From assembly GCA_963668315.1 (NCBI GenBank), contig OY764216.1, positions 3,808,001-3,872,000 of the forward strand: a DNA stretch of 64,000 nucleotides, in the 5' to 3' direction. How positions within the stretch are numbered: the stretch's first letter is position 1; each line of letters starts with the position of its first letter. The notes under the pieces are model-generated. The model did no database searches, was not told the origin of the DNA, and was given only the letters and a program-made list of their open reading frames with translations. This DNA comes from Spirochaetia bacterium (GTDB lineage: Bacteria; Spirochaetota; Spirochaetia; DSM-2461). This document shows, piece after piece, positions 29,524-40,342 of this stretch. The translations under genes and the position numbers were made by a program.

Positions 29524-31335
29524 CTAGTCTTCGTCGTCCGTTCTGAGAACAGAAAGGAAGGCGGACTGGGGCAGCTCGACATTGCCCACCATCTTCATTC
29601 TCTTCTTTCCTTCTTTCTGCTTTTCCAGAAGCTTTTTCTTACGCGTGATATCGCCGCCGTAACATTTCGATGTAACATCCTTTCTCAGGGCATTAATCGT
29701 CTCGCGGGAAATGATGGAACCGCCGATAGCCGCCTGAATAGGGATCTTGAACTGCTGACGGGGAATCTCCTGCTTCAGTTTTTTGCAGATAGACCGTCCC
29801 CTGGCCTGGGCGTTAGCCCGGAAGACCAGCTGACTCAAGGCATCCACGGGCTCTCCGTTGACAAGAATATCCAGTTTGACCAGATCGGTGGCCTGATACC
29901 CCTTCACTTCGTAATCAAAGGAGGCGTAGCCCCGGCTGACCGACTTGAGCTTATCATAGAAATCGAAAAGAACTTCGCCCAGAGGCATATCGTAACGGAT
30001 CTCGACCCGTTTCTCATCGAGATAATTCATATCGGTCTGAATCCCCCTCTTCTGCATACAGAGGGTCATGATATTTCCCAGAAAATCGGTGGGGGTGATA
30101 ATGGACGCGGTGATATAGGGTTCCTCCGCAGCCTGAATCGTCCCGGGATCGGGAAAGTTCAGCGGATTATCCAGATAATAGGGCGCCCCTTTCTGGGGTA
30201 TGATATGGTACTGGACCGAAGGGCTGGTCAGGACAATGTTAAGCCCGAACTCCCTTTCCAGCCGCTCCTGAATAACTTCGAGATGAAGAAGGCCGAGAAA
30301 GCCGCAGCGGAAACCGAATCCCAGGGCGGCGGAAGAGTCCTTTTCATAGATGAGCGAGGCATCATTCAGCTTCAGCTTATCTATGGCCGAATGGAGTTCC
30401 TCGTACTGATTCGTATCGACCGGATAGATGGAGGAGAAAACGACAGGCTTCACATCACGGAAACCGGGAAGAGGGGAAGACGCGGGTTTGGCACTGCCCG
30501 TGATGGTATCGCCTACGCGGATATCGGAAATATTCTTGATACCGGCGATGATATAGCCGACATCCCCCGCTGCCAGGGAACCGGTCCTCTGAAGTTTCAA
30601 TCGGAAAAGTCCGGCTTCTTCCACCTTATATTCCGCTTCATTGGACATAAGCCTGATGGAATCGCCTTCCTTGATGCTTCCCTCAAACATGCGGATATGG
30701 ATAATAACACCTCTGTAGGCATCATAGTGGGAATCAAAAATGAGAGCCTGGACGGGAGCTTTCTCATCACCACTGGGAGCGGGAATCCACTCGACCAGGC
30801 CTTCGAGGAGCTCATCAACGCCTTTTCCGGTCTTCGCCGATATGGGATAGACGAGATCCTTGTCCAGTCCCAGATCATGTTCCACCTGTTCCTTGACCCT
30901 TTCCAGGTCGGCACTGGGAAGATCCATTTTATTGACAACAGGAATAATCTCCAGATCATGCTCCAGGGCCAGATACATATTGGAAAGCGTCTGGGCTTCC
31001 ACACCCTGGGATGCGTCGATAAGGAGTATGGCCCCCTCGCAGGAGGTAATGGCCCGGGAAACCTCATAGGCGAAGTCCACGTGGCCGGGAGTATCGATAA
31101 GATTGAGCTTATACACCTCTCCGCTGTTGCTCACGTAGTCTATGGTGACGGCCTGGGATTTGATAGTAATCCCCCGTTCCTGTTCGATATCCATGGAATC
31201 GAGCATCTGATTGTGAAATTCCCTGTCAGTAACCATTTTGGCTTTTTCGAGGAACCGGTCAGCCAGTGTGGACTTACCGTGATCTATATGGGCAATAATG
31301 CAAAAGTTTCGAACTTTATCCTGTGCTGTACTCAT
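29524..31335 (-). CDS. lepA: Elongation factor 4 (LepA)
   Basis: IAHIDHGKSTLADR, DTPGHVDF, GFRCGFLGLLH, KCYGGDITRKKKLLEKQKEGKKRMK. Confidence 0.98.
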   Translation of the reverse strand: MSTAQDKVRNFCIIAHIDHGKSTLADRFLEKAKMVTDREFHNQMLDSMDIEQERGITIKSQAVTIDYVSNSGEVYKLNLIDTPGHVDFAYEVSRAITSCEGAILLIDASQGVEAQTLSNMYLALEHDLEIIPVVNKMDLPSADLERVKEQVEHDLGLDKDLVYPISAKTGKGVDELLEGLVEWIPAPSGDEKAPVQALIFDSHYDAYRGVIIHIRMFEGSIKEGDSIRLMSNEAEYKVEEAGLFRLKLQRTGSLAAGDVGYIIAGIKNISDIRVGDTITGSAKPASSPLPGFRDVKPVVFSSIYPVDTNQYEELHSAIDKLKLNDASLIYEKDSSAALGFGFRCGFLGLLHLEVIQERLEREFGLNIVLTSPSVQYHIIPQKGAPYYLDNPLNFPDPGTIQAAEEPYITASIITPTDFLGNIMTLCMQKRGIQTDMNYLDEKRVEIRYDMPLGEVLFDFYDKLKSVSRGYASFDYEVKGYQATDLVKLDILVNGEPVDALSQLVFRANAQARGRSICKKLKQEIPRQQFKIPIQAAIGGSIISRETINALRKDVTSKCYGGDITRKKKLLEKQKEGKKRMKMVGNVELPQSAFLSVLRTDDED

Positions 31336-31383
31336 CGGGGCTACTATACATGATCTTCAGAAAATCATCAATAAGCCTTTGCA

Positions 31384-33171
31384 TTACAGGAAATAATTCA
31401 TACCATAGGGAAGTCCCAGCTGAAGGCCGCTCTGCATAAATCCGGATTTTCGCGCCTTGATGACTATCTGAATGATGAGGACCTTATCCTCCTCGCTGTT
31501 CAGCCAGCGGTTCAGGGTAAAGGAATCCCCCTTAACCAGGCCGGATTCATCGGCGATAGACCCGGGGAAGACCTCTTCCACACGGTACTGGCGGAAGTTT
31601 CTTCCCCTGTTCAGCCTCACCGTGGTCATTCCGAATATGGGGGCGAACAAATTATCGATGGAATCCCGGTTCATCAGAGTGGCCAGGGGATAGCGGGGCC
31701 TTTTCTCCACCCCCACCGGGATGGTGATCTCCCTGCCGTCCCTCATAACATCGAGGGTCACCATTTCGCCGGGAAGAGAGGCTATGAGAATATTCTGGAT
31801 GTCGGGGATTCCCTGAACCTCTTCGCCGTTCACCCTCAGGATTTGATCTCCCACCTCAAGGGAACACAGTTCAGCGGACGTGCCCGGTACGGTGTACCGG
31901 TTGATCAGCCGGTTGAATTCCTTGTAGGCGACTATGCCCATCCAGCCGTATTCTATCTGCCCGCCCTCGTATAAACGGGGCAGAAGTTCCTTCACATAGG
32001 AGGCGGGAATGGCGAAATTCACACCCTCGTAATCTTCCACGCCCGCATAAACGATGCCTATGGCTTCCCCTTTCTGATTGATGAGGGGCCCGCCGGAATT
32101 ACCCGGATTGATGGGAACATCCACCTGCAGGGAGCGTCCCATGGCCTGCAGCTCCCGCCCCAGATTGGATATGGTGCCGCTCGTCACCGTGTTGGATAGT
32201 CCTCCCGGAGATCCGATGGCAAAAATGCTTTCACCGAGAGAATAATCGTCCTCCGGGGAGAAGGAAAATACATAGGGCGGCGTGATCTCCACCTTCAGCA
32301 GAGCCAGATCGAGAACGGGGTCCCAGCCGACGACAACCGCGGGAATCCGTTCATTCTCATTCTCATTCAGTTTCACATACAAGCGGGAGTACCCTTCATA
32401 TGTCGGGTCAACCTCGCTGGATATAACATGATAGTTTGTGAGGAGATATCCCTTCGAATCGATAAAAAAACCGCTGCCGATGACTCTGTCCGGATAGCCG
32501 ATCCCGTTTTCAAGCCGTATACCCCGGTTGACCCAGATGGTCGCCGTGCCGTTCAACATATCCTTTTTCTGAGTGTTTCCCTCCAGAAAAGCAAGACTCT
32601 CTTCGGAAAGAGTTTCCCCCTCACCGGAAAGCATATCAGAAAGCAGCGCCAGGGAGGATGACTGGCGGTTTTCCAGAAAATAGTCCTCCAGGGAGGCTAG
32701 CTGCCCTTTATCAAGGGACATATCCCTCCCCTTCTCCAGAAACCAGCTGGCCGCCGCACCGGCGTACTCCTGCTCCATAAGATAGGAAAGGTAGTCAAAG
32801 TAGAGTTCGCCCCTGCTTATCTCAAGAAGATCTTCATTTCCCGTTCTCTGAAGACTATAGAAAAGGGAAAGGGCCTGCGAATACTCCTCTGAGGCAAGGG
32901 CGCTGCGGAATTCTCCTGCCAGCCCTTCCTTGAGATCGGCCTGAATAGACGTCCAGTCCTCCCCCTCTTTTCCCTGCGGATAGAGGGAATAGAACCGCAT
33001 ATAAGCGGAACGGTAACTCTCTTCCCTGATCAGCTGGCGGAAATAATCCTGATCATATTCCCTTGTCTTGATATTTGAAACATAATCGGCCCCGGCATCC
33101 TTAGTGGCACAGGCCGACAGAAAAAGTGCAAGGATAAAAATACATAGTCTAACGATACCATTGAGCTTCAA
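31384..33171 (-). CDS. Lipoprotein trypsin-like serine protease with PDZ domain(s)
   Basis: Lipobox FLSAC; GSGFFI, TNYHVI, DLALL, INPGNSGGPL; PDZ. Confidence 0.88.
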   Translation of the reverse strand: MKLNGIVRLCIFILALFLSACATKDAGADYVSNIKTREYDQDYFRQLIREESYRSAYMRFYSLYPQGKEGEDWTSIQADLKEGLAGEFRSALASEEYSQALSLFYSLQRTGNEDLLEISRGELYFDYLSYLMEQEYAGAAASWFLEKGRDMSLDKGQLASLEDYFLENRQSSSLALLSDMLSGEGETLSEESLAFLEGNTQKKDMLNGTATIWVNRGIRLENGIGYPDRVIGSGFFIDSKGYLLTNYHVISSEVDPTYEGYSRLYVKLNENENERIPAVVVGWDPVLDLALLKVEITPPYVFSFSPEDDYSLGESIFAIGSPGGLSNTVTSGTISNLGRELQAMGRSLQVDVPINPGNSGGPLINQKGEAIGIVYAGVEDYEGVNFAIPASYVKELLPRLYEGGQIEYGWMGIVAYKEFNRLINRYTVPGTSAELCSLEVGDQILRVNGEEVQGIPDIQNILIASLPGEMVTLDVMRDGREITIPVGVEKRPRYPLATLMNRDSIDNLFAPIFGMTTVRLNRGRNFRQYRVEEVFPGSIADESGLVKGDSFTLNRWLNSEEDKVLIIQIVIKARKSGFMQSGLQLGLPYGMNYFL

Positions 33172-34837
33172 ATTTTCTCTCCCAACTTAGATAATCACCC
33201 ATATCACGGGGGTCTTCCCTATGGGGTATCACGGTTTCGACCACCTCTCCGTAGGTTCCGGTCAAAAGGCCGTCCATCAGGCTGTCGCCGTCATAATCCC
33301 AGATTTTCAAAGGAATAAACGACCAGTCCTCAAAGAAATCAGAACTTCCGTTTCCCTCATAATTAACGGCATAGCCGCTCCAGACACCCTTCTCATAATA
33401 CTCAAAAAGATCAAAAATTCCATCCCCGTCCAAATCCCTCCGGGCGGCGGATATCCGGCCGTTCTCAATCAGGACCTGCCGCGTGAATTTTCCCTGCCCT
33501 TCGGGATCTTCCTCATAGGCGATCACCTCTCCTTCCACCACATAGTACTTCCTGGTCGCCACTCCGCCCTTGCTTTCATCGATGGAGCGGCACTTTGCCA
33601 GAAGAATATGATAGGGGATTTGAATATCCTCTTCCAGGACGAGGACGGCTAACTCCATCACCTGGGGATTATCCCCGTCACGAAGGGCGCTTTCGGGAAA
33701 AAATGCATTATCGGCGAGGGAGAACCGGGAATAGAGGTAATCAAACTTCTGAGAATTCCCTCTCTTTTCCCTTACCAACTGCTTCAGATAGGGCCACTCA
33801 TAGAAACGGTACTCAATGCTCCCCGTATCACGTCCCGAACTTTCCCACAGAGCGGGTCGGCCATCCTCTCCCCACGCGATACGGGTATCCCAGCGGCCGT
33901 CTCTGTCCCGGTCGGCCTGCAGGATCTTCCCTTCCGTGAGAATGATCTCAGGATAGCCGTCCCCGTCCCCGTCATAGGAGAATTCACCCTCTTCCCCGAG
34001 GAGATAACGATTGAGGATCTCCCGGGCGGGATCATCGGCTAAATCATAAAAGCGGCGCAGGATAACAAGATCGCGGGGTTTCCATGTATCAAGATAATCG
34101 GAAATGATCCGGGAGGAGCCATTCCCGCCGGAGCGAAGCTTCTCCTCAGCAATGAGAAGATCTCCCCATCGGTCGTTCCGGCTCCTGTACCATGAATAGA
34201 GGGAGGAATCCAGTGTCCCCGTTTTATATAGCCGTTCAAATATCCGGCCCATCACATCCTTTTCATCATCCCAGTTATAGAGAAGGGTCTGAACCCATTC
34301 CGTCCGTCCCCCCGCTACGGCCAGGACATAGAACCGCCAGTCATCGGGATAAAGATCGATGCCCTTACGTCCTCTTCTGGCGGCCTCTTCTATCCGGCCC
34401 AGGGAGAAATCTGCCCAGCCGGCGGCCAGAAGCACACTTTTTCTGTTAACACGATGAAAGGCCGTACCCTTCTCGGCCTCAAGGATTTTCTCCCATTTCC
34501 CCAGGCGGCTCATAAGAGGAAAATAGAGATCGATGAACCGGTCCAGATCGCCTCCTTCCCAGTCATGGCTCTGCCATGCCCTGTCCAGGGAAGCTTCCGC
34601 CTCGGGAAAAAGTTCCTTGTCGTATTCGTAAAGCCCCTTGAAAAACCAGAGACCCGAAAGGGAATCGTCATAATCCAGGCCGTTGTCCACCAGACGGAAC
34701 GCCCCCTCTTCATCTTCAGACCAGAGGTCGTCAATATTTCTGAGGTATACGAGGGCGATATCCCTGTCCGCTCCGGAAAGGAGCATAGCTCCCCCCAGGA
34801 AAGAGAAAAGAAGAATCAGAAGAATTTTTCTCGTCAT
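33149..34837 (-). CDS. Exported hypothetical protein, TPR-like N-terminus and DxDxDG motifs
   Basis: Signal peptide; DGDGDGYPE, DRDRDGRWD, DLDGDGIFD. Confidence 0.65.
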   Translation of the reverse strand: MTRKILLILLFSFLGGAMLLSGADRDIALVYLRNIDDLWSEDEEGAFRLVDNGLDYDDSLSGLWFFKGLYEYDKELFPEAEASLDRAWQSHDWEGGDLDRFIDLYFPLMSRLGKWEKILEAEKGTAFHRVNRKSVLLAAGWADFSLGRIEEAARRGRKGIDLYPDDWRFYVLAVAGGRTEWVQTLLYNWDDEKDVMGRIFERLYKTGTLDSSLYSWYRSRNDRWGDLLIAEEKLRSGGNGSSRIISDYLDTWKPRDLVILRRFYDLADDPAREILNRYLLGEEGEFSYDGDGDGYPEIILTEGKILQADRDRDGRWDTRIAWGEDGRPALWESSGRDTGSIEYRFYEWPYLKQLVREKRGNSQKFDYLYSRFSLADNAFFPESALRDGDNPQVMELAVLVLEEDIQIPYHILLAKCRSIDESKGGVATRKYYVVEGEVIAYEEDPEGQGKFTRQVLIENGRISAARRDLDGDGIFDLFEYYEKGVWSGYAVNYEGNGSSDFFEDWSFIPLKIWDYDGDSLMDGLLTGTYGEVVETVIPHREDPRDMGDYLSWERKFEAQWYR

Positions 34838-36705
34838 GTGTTCTCCCCGTCTCCGTCGTCCAGCTGTTTCTTATCAAGCCCCAGCAATTCCCGTATCTCC
34901 CAGTCTTCCATGGTTTCCTTTTTAACAAGACTTTCCGTCAGCTTATCAAGCATATCCTTATGCTGGCTTAATATATCTCTGGCACGGGCCACACCTTCGT
35001 CCAGAAATGCCTTCATTTCCAGATCGATTTTCCGGGCAGTCTGCTCGGAATAATTCTTATGTTTGGCCACTTCCCGGGCAAGGAAAATGGGTTCGTCCCC
35101 GTCTCCCAGAGCCATGGGCCCCAATTCAGGGCTCATGCCCCACTCACAGACCATGCGCCTTGCCAGTTCCGTTGCCTGCTTGATGTCATTCTGGGCTCCG
35201 GTTGTCGTTTCGCCGTAAACAAGTTCCTCCGCGGCGAATCCCCCGTAGCATATGACAATACGGTCTTTCAGCCATTGGAGGTTATGGGAATAGACGTCCT
35301 TTTCCGGCAGGGAAAGTGTCACACCCAGCGCCCGGCCCCGGGGAATGATAGTCACCTTGTGAAGAGGATCGGAGTGGGTCAGAAAATAGTGGACCAGAGT
35401 ATGTCCCGCTTCATGGCAGGCCGTCATCTTCTTTTCATCCTCGGTCATGACCTTGGATTTCCGCGCGACCCCCATGAGAACCTTGTCAACGGCCTCCTGA
35501 AAATCCCTGTGGGCCACGCTTTCCCTTTTACCCCGGGCGGCGAACAGGGCCGCCTCATTGGCCATATTCGCCAGGTCGGCCCCGGACGATCCCGGTGTGG
35601 CCCGGGCGATCCGCCTGAGATCGACCCCCCGTGCCAGCTTCATCCGTTTTGTATGGATTTCCAGGATAGCTTCCCTTTCGTTGACATCGGGAAGATCGAT
35701 GGTCACCTGCCTGTCAAAGCGCCCGGGCCTCAGCAGAGCCGGATCAAGGACGTCCGGTCTGTTCGTGGCGGCGATGATGATGATGCCCGAATTGGCATCG
35801 AATCCATCCATTTCCACCAGCAGCTGATTTAGAGTCTGCTCCCGCTCATCATGGCCTCCGCCGTATCCGGCTCCCCGGGAGCGTCCCACCGCATCAAGCT
35901 CATCGATGAAAAGAATACAGGGTGCGTTTTTGCGGCCCTTCTCAAAAAGATCTCTTACCCGGCTGGCTCCCACGCCGACAAACATCTCCACGAAGTCCGA
36001 TCCGGACATATGGAAAAAGGAGACGCCCGCCTCGCCGGCCACGGCCCTTGCCAGCAGAGTCTTACCCGTGCCGGGAGGTCCGACCAGCAGAACACCCCGG
36101 GGGATCCTGGCGCCGATTTTTGTAAAACGGTGGGGCTCTTTAAGAAATTCGACCACTTCTTCCAGTTCATATTTCGGCTCGGCCTGTCCGGCGACATCAT
36201 CGAACGTCGTCATGGTGGAGCCCTTCTCATAAAGTTTCGCCTTGCTTTTACCGAAGGAAAAACCCTGACTTCCCCCGCCCTGCATATTGCGGAAAATCCA
36301 GAACAGAAAAAGAAAAGTAATGGCCCAGGGGATAAGATTCAGAAGAAGCATTCCCAGGGGACTGGATTCGCTTCTCCCCCAGACATTCACATTATTATCA
36401 CGCAGAAGGGTCATGAGCGTATCATCGGGATAGGGAATGACGCTCTTCAGGTATCCGTAGGTACCGTTGCCCAGATCGCTTTTCAGCCGTCCCCGGATAT
36501 TGCGTTCATCCATGATCTCCACTTCGACGATATAATCTTCCTCGAGATACTCGAGAAAAACGGAATAGGAGACCTCCCTTTCGGTAACATTCTGCGCCAT
36601 GGAATAGAATAAAAAGAGAATGATCACCATGGCAATAGTGACATATAAACCTGCTCTTCCCCCCTGGGGTAGGTTGAAATTCCCTTTATTATTGTTGTCG
36701 AACAT
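34834..36705 (-). CDS. ftsH: ATP-dependent zinc metalloprotease FtsH
   Basis: Two TMs, [42 protein letters not shown]. Confidence 0.98.
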   Translation of the reverse strand: MFDNNNKGNFNLPQGGRAGLYVTIAMVIILFLFYSMAQNVTEREVSYSVFLEYLEEDYIVEVEIMDERNIRGRLKSDLGNGTYGYLKSVIPYPDDTLMTLLRDNNVNVWGRSESSPLGMLLLNLIPWAITFLFLFWIFRNMQGGGSQGFSFGKSKAKLYEKGSTMTTFDDVAGQAEPKYELEEVVEFLKEPHRFTKIGARIPRGVLLVGPPGTGKTLLARAVAGEAGVSFFHMSGSDFVEMFVGVGASRVRDLFEKGRKNAPCILFIDELDAVGRSRGAGYGGGHDEREQTLNQLLVEMDGFDANSGIIIIAATNRPDVLDPALLRPGRFDRQVTIDLPDVNEREAILEIHTKRMKLARGVDLRRIARATPGSSGADLANMANEAALFAARGKRESVAHRDFQEAVDKVLMGVARKSKVMTEDEKKMTACHEAGHTLVHYFLTHSDPLHKVTIIPRGRALGVTLSLPEKDVYSHNLQWLKDRIVICYGGFAAEELVYGETTTGAQNDIKQATELARRMVCEWGMSPELGPMALGDGDEPIFLAREVAKHKNYSEQTARKIDLEMKAFLDEGVARARDILSQHKDMLDKLTESLVKKETMEDWEIRELLGLDKKQLDDGDGENT

Positions 36706-36840
36706 GGCGAAAGCTCCCTGTTTATCCTATAAAAAACGGTCCCGATCTTTTATTCAAAAAGATTTTATCACGTTTCTATCAATAATCATACAACTTTTCC
36801 CATACCACATCCAGTCAAAAAATTGATTCAAGGATAATTT

Positions 36841-37860
36841 CTAAGACCGTGAGATGAAGAGGCCGTCCCTGTTCAGACTGATCTGAAGCCCATGGCCGGA
36901 AAGCTCCAGACGGTCCGGAAGCGGCTCTTCCAGAAGAGGCCTGAGATACCGGTAGGGAACGCGCCGTCCCTTCCCGCCGGAAAGGCGTTCTCCCTGTAGG
37001 AGCCGGTCGATAATACGGTAAAGGGCATACTCCCTTAGGGCGGGATCAAGCCTTTGAAAAACCCCGCCGGGGAGGTGGAAACCACGGTCATCTTCCTCCC
37101 AGATGATACTCTCTCCCTGGCGGGAGAGGAAATTGTCATAGCGTGTGATCTTTTCCGAAAGATAAACCAGGGATGTTTCATAACCGGGAAAAACACGGTC
37201 AATTTCCGGGATGAGACCGTCCCTCAGATGATTCCTCAGGATATCCCTGTCTTTGTTGGTGGAATCCTCGGACCAGGGCACTCCCTCTTCGACCAGACAT
37301 CGGAGAAGCTCTTTTTTCGGAAAGGAAAGAAGAGGACGGATTCTCCTGTCCCCGGTCACGGGAAGAATCCCCTTCAGCCCCGCCATTCCGGCTCCCTGGA
37401 AAAATCGGGTGACCATTGTCTCGGCCTGATCATTGCCGTGATGGGCCAGGACTATATAGCGACACCCCTTCTCTTCGCGGGTACTTTCAAGAAAACGATA
37501 ACGGAAATCCCTGGCCGTATCCTCAAGACTGCTTTTTGTCTCCCGGGCCCTCTTTTCGATCTCCCCGGGATCGGCCTGGCCGACAATCAGTTTAAGCCCC
37601 CAGGACGTAACCGCGGATGCAATGAGGGCCGTTTCTTTTTCAAGTTCCTTCTCCGGCCGGAGATTGTGGTTGAAGTAGGCCGTCCACAGGGTATCCGTCC
37701 CCGATCCGGACATAAGGAGCAGTTCCTTTAGTGTATACACCAGGGCCATGGAGTCGGCCCCTCCGGAAAGGGCGATAAGCTGGGGGGTGTCAAGGGGAAT
37801 CCCGTGACGTCTGTACCAGTCACGGACTTCCGATTTAAGCTTGTTTGCCGTTGATCCCAT
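36841..37860 (-). CDS. tilS: tRNA(Ile)-lysidine synthetase (short form)
   Basis: ALSGGADS, NHNLR, ARDFRY, LAHHGNDQAET, EDSTN..RNHLR. Confidence 0.93.
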   Translation of the reverse strand: MGSTANKLKSEVRDWYRRHGIPLDTPQLIALSGGADSMALVYTLKELLLMSGSGTDTLWTAYFNHNLRPEKELEKETALIASAVTSWGLKLIVGQADPGEIEKRARETKSSLEDTARDFRYRFLESTREEKGCRYIVLAHHGNDQAETMVTRFFQGAGMAGLKGILPVTGDRRIRPLLSFPKKELLRCLVEEGVPWSEDSTNKDRDILRNHLRDGLIPEIDRVFPGYETSLVYLSEKITRYDNFLSRQGESIIWEEDDRGFHLPGGVFQRLDPALREYALYRIIDRLLQGERLSGGKGRRVPYRYLRPLLEEPLPDRLELSGHGLQISLNRDGLFISRS

Positions 37861-38443
37861 TCATAGCTCCCGCTGCACCCTTATCGATGATCTCATAGAA
37901 AGCATCAACCGAACGGCTGATTCCCCTAAGAAAAGATGTCCGTTCATCGCCGGAGGGCACACCCAGAACATGATCGATAACATTACCGCTGGAAGCAGGT
38001 CTTCCCACGCCTATATAGAGTCTTTTGAAATCGGATGTTCCCAAAACGGAAATAATGGATTTCAAACCGTTATGCCCTGCGCTGGAGCCCTTCAGTTTCA
38101 GACGAAGGTTCCCCGGATGCAGATCCATATTATCCACTGCGATGAGGAGATTCTCCGGCCCCACGCCGTAATGCTTCATGAGGGAGGGCAAAACCAGTCC
38201 GGACTTATTCATGTACGTAAGGGGTTTGACCAGAACGACACGTGTATCGTTCTTTATAAATTCTGCCTTCTGATAGTCGGTGAGAAAAGGTTTCCTGAAA
38301 GAGACATTCTCCCTTTCCGCAACCCCTTCTACACACAAAAACCCGACATTATGCCGGGTTTCCGAATAGGCGGAACCGGGATTACCCAGTCCAGCCAATA
38401 CAATGGTCTCAGAAAAGGACTTATTCTGCTGCCTCTTCTTCAC
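37835..38443 (-). CDS. pth: Peptidyl-tRNA hydrolase
   Basis: GLGNPG..YSETRHNVGF, KPLTYMNKSG, GHNGLKS, IGVGRP. Confidence 0.96.
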   Translation of the reverse strand: MKKRQQNKSFSETIVLAGLGNPGSAYSETRHNVGFLCVEGVAERENVSFRKPFLTDYQKAEFIKNDTRVVLVKPLTYMNKSGLVLPSLMKHYGVGPENLLIAVDNMDLHPGNLRLKLKGSSAGHNGLKSIISVLGTSDFKRLYIGVGRPASSGNVIDHVLGVPSGDERTSFLRGISRSVDAFYEIIDKGAAGAMNGINGKQA

Positions 38444-39014
38444 CTTCTACCTCGTCGCTGCTCTCGCCCTTAGGACGGGTAACAGTAACAACAGTTCTTG
38501 CTTCGCCATCCAGAATGGTAACGCCTGCAGGCTTCACCACGTCTCTTACGTGGATGGAATCACCCAGATTAAGAGCGGAAATATCAACGCTGATAGACTC
38601 AACCAGATCCTTGGGAAGACACTCGATTTCAAACATCTCGATTTTCAGCTCAAGAGTACCGCCGACCTTGCAACCGGGAGCATTTCCCACGAGTGTTACG
38701 GGGATATGAGTCTTGAGAGTCTTTCCCTTTTCAATCTCGAAGAAATCGATATGCTCGATAGAATCTTTTACAAGATTCTGCTGAAAATCCTTAACCAGTA
38801 CCTGGAAAGTTTCCTTTCCAAGGCTCAATTCAATAATGGTACTTTCAGAAATGGTTTTGAACTTCTGAGCAAATTCATGAGCGTCAACGATAATCGACTT
38901 AGGCTCCTGATGCCCGTAAACGACGGCGGGGATTTTGCCGGCCATTCTGTATCTTCTGGAAGCTCCTTTCCCTAGTTCAGTTCTAGCTTCACAACTTAGA
39001 GTCTTGTGCTCCAT
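38421..39014 (-). CDS. rplY: 50S ribosomal protein L25 (Ctc form)
   Basis: GKGASRRYR..GKIPAVVYG, HIDF, LNLGDSIHVRD. Confidence 0.96.
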   Translation of the reverse strand: MEHKTLSCEARTELGKGASRRYRMAGKIPAVVYGHQEPKSIIVDAHEFAQKFKTISESTIIELSLGKETFQVLVKDFQQNLVKDSIEHIDFFEIEKGKTLKTHIPVTLVGNAPGCKVGGTLELKIEMFEIECLPKDLVESISVDISALNLGDSIHVRDVVKPAGVTILDGEARTVVTVTRPKGESSDEVEGEEEAAE

Positions 39015-39052
39015 TCCTCTATTCTCCTTAACCGTAAATTAACATTTTGGTT

Positions 39053-39126
39053 CTTGGACGGCAGGATTCGAACCTGCGAATGCCGGGATCAAAACCCGGT
39101 GGCTTAAACCTCTTGCCGACGTCCAA
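39053..39126 (-). tRNA. tRNA-Gln(TTG), CCA not encoded
   Basis: TTGGACG/CGTCCAA acceptor stem, anticodon arm CCGGG-TTTTGAT-CCCGG, T arm GCAGG-TTCGAAT-CCTGC. Confidence 0.95.
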
Positions 39127-39138
39127 TAATCTTTTTAT

Positions 39139-39435
39139 TTACTCCATTCCAGCCATACCGTCTTCCGGCCCCATGCTTTCAAAGGATTCGATAATCCTGT
39201 CCTGAAGCATGTTCCTGAAATCGGTATTGATAGGATGGGCAACATCCTTATATTCTCCGTTTTTTGTTTTCCGACTGGGCATTGCGATGAATGCACCGTT
39301 GTCACCTTCAATGATTTTGACGTTATGTACAACAAAGCAGTCATCGAACGTTACCGTTACGTAAGCCTTCAGCTTTCCTTCAGTGTCAACCTTTCTAATG
39401 CGGATATCAGTAATTTCCATTCGAGCATCCTCCAA
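39139..39435 (-). CDS. spoVG: SpoVG family nucleic-acid-binding regulator
   Basis: [49 protein letters not shown]. Confidence 0.96.
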   Translation of the reverse strand: MEDARMEITDIRIRKVDTEGKLKAYVTVTFDDCFVVHNVKIIEGDNGAFIAMPSRKTKNGEYKDVAHPINTDFRNMLQDRIIESFESMGPEDGMAGME

Positions 39436-39457
39436 ATAGCGGAAAACAAGTTTCCTG

Positions 39458-40342
39458 CTATATTACAATACCGTAAGGTATAATATCAAGAGGGAGAACC
39501 GCATAAGTGGCAGGAAATTTACTCTTCATAACGATTTGGGCATCATTTAGGCGCTTAATATCGGTAAAAATCCCCACCATGGCACTGCCGCTGCCGGATA
39601 ATGTAACGAAGTCGGCCCCCCTAGTCAAGAGGGTTTCGGCGATACGGGACAATTGAATGTGCTCTTTATAGGTCGATTCGGCGAAACTGTTATAGTAGGG
39701 CCAGGAGGCGGGATTCACTTCGGAATAGATTCTCCCGATCTCCTCTTCCCCCAATCCCCATTCATGGGGAATGGCCGTTTCGCGCCGGCTTCTGTCCAGG
39801 GCGGAAAAAGCGGAGGGTGTGGAAATCGATATTCCCGGAAAGACGATGAGCACATGATAATCGGTCCTCGGCGCCAGGGGAGAGATTCCCTCCCCTCTTC
39901 CGGTGACAACTGCCGCCGTCGATTCCATGAAAAAAGGGACATCGCTCCCCAGCTCCGCCGCCAGCTCCATCCACTCTTCCCGGGATCGGTCCGACGGGGA
40001 GTGCTCCCTTAAGAGGCGCAGCAGGGTGGCACAGTTGCCGGAGCCGCCTCCCAGACCCGCCCCGGAGGGAATATTCTTCTCCAGGGAGATTCTGAGACCG
40101 GATGAGAAAAAGCCCCTCTGCCGGCAGAGTTCCCATGTTTTATAGAGGATATTGCTCTCAGACGGAAAGGGACAGTTCGATTCTATCACACATCCGTCAG
40201 CCCCTTCGGCAACGGTCATCCTGTCATAAAGGGAAACCATGACGAAGAGGGAACGCAGGGGATGAAAGCCGCTGCCGTCGGGCGGAGCCACATCAAGATG
40301 GAGATTTATCTTGGCGGGAGAGAGGATCTCACTTTTCCACAT
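39458..40342 (-). CDS. ispE: 4-diphosphocytidyl-2-C-methyl-D-erythritol kinase
   Basis: [36 protein letters not shown]. Confidence 0.95.
   Translation of the reverse strand: MWKSEILSPAKINLHLDVAPPDGSGFHPLRSLFVMVSLYDRMTVAEGADGCVIESNCPFPSESNILYKTWELCRQRGFFSSGLRISLEKNIPSGAGLGGGSGNCATLLRLLREHSPSDRSREEWMELAAELGSDVPFFMESTAAVVTGRGEGISPLAPRTDYHVLIVFPGISISTPSAFSALDRSRRETAIPHEWGLGEEEIGRIYSEVNPASWPYYNSFAESTYKEHIQLSRIAETLLTRGADFVTLSGSGSAMVGIFTDIKRLNDAQIVMKSKFPATYAVLPLDIIPYGIVI

Noticed and set aside
30205..31353. 382-aa plus-strand ORF
   Set aside because: Antisense shadow of lepA
39048..39052. CCA shortly after tRNA-Gln suggesting an encoded 3' end or integration scar
   Set aside because: CCA is offset by two bases from the discriminator and no duplicated tRNA 3' end was seen in the window
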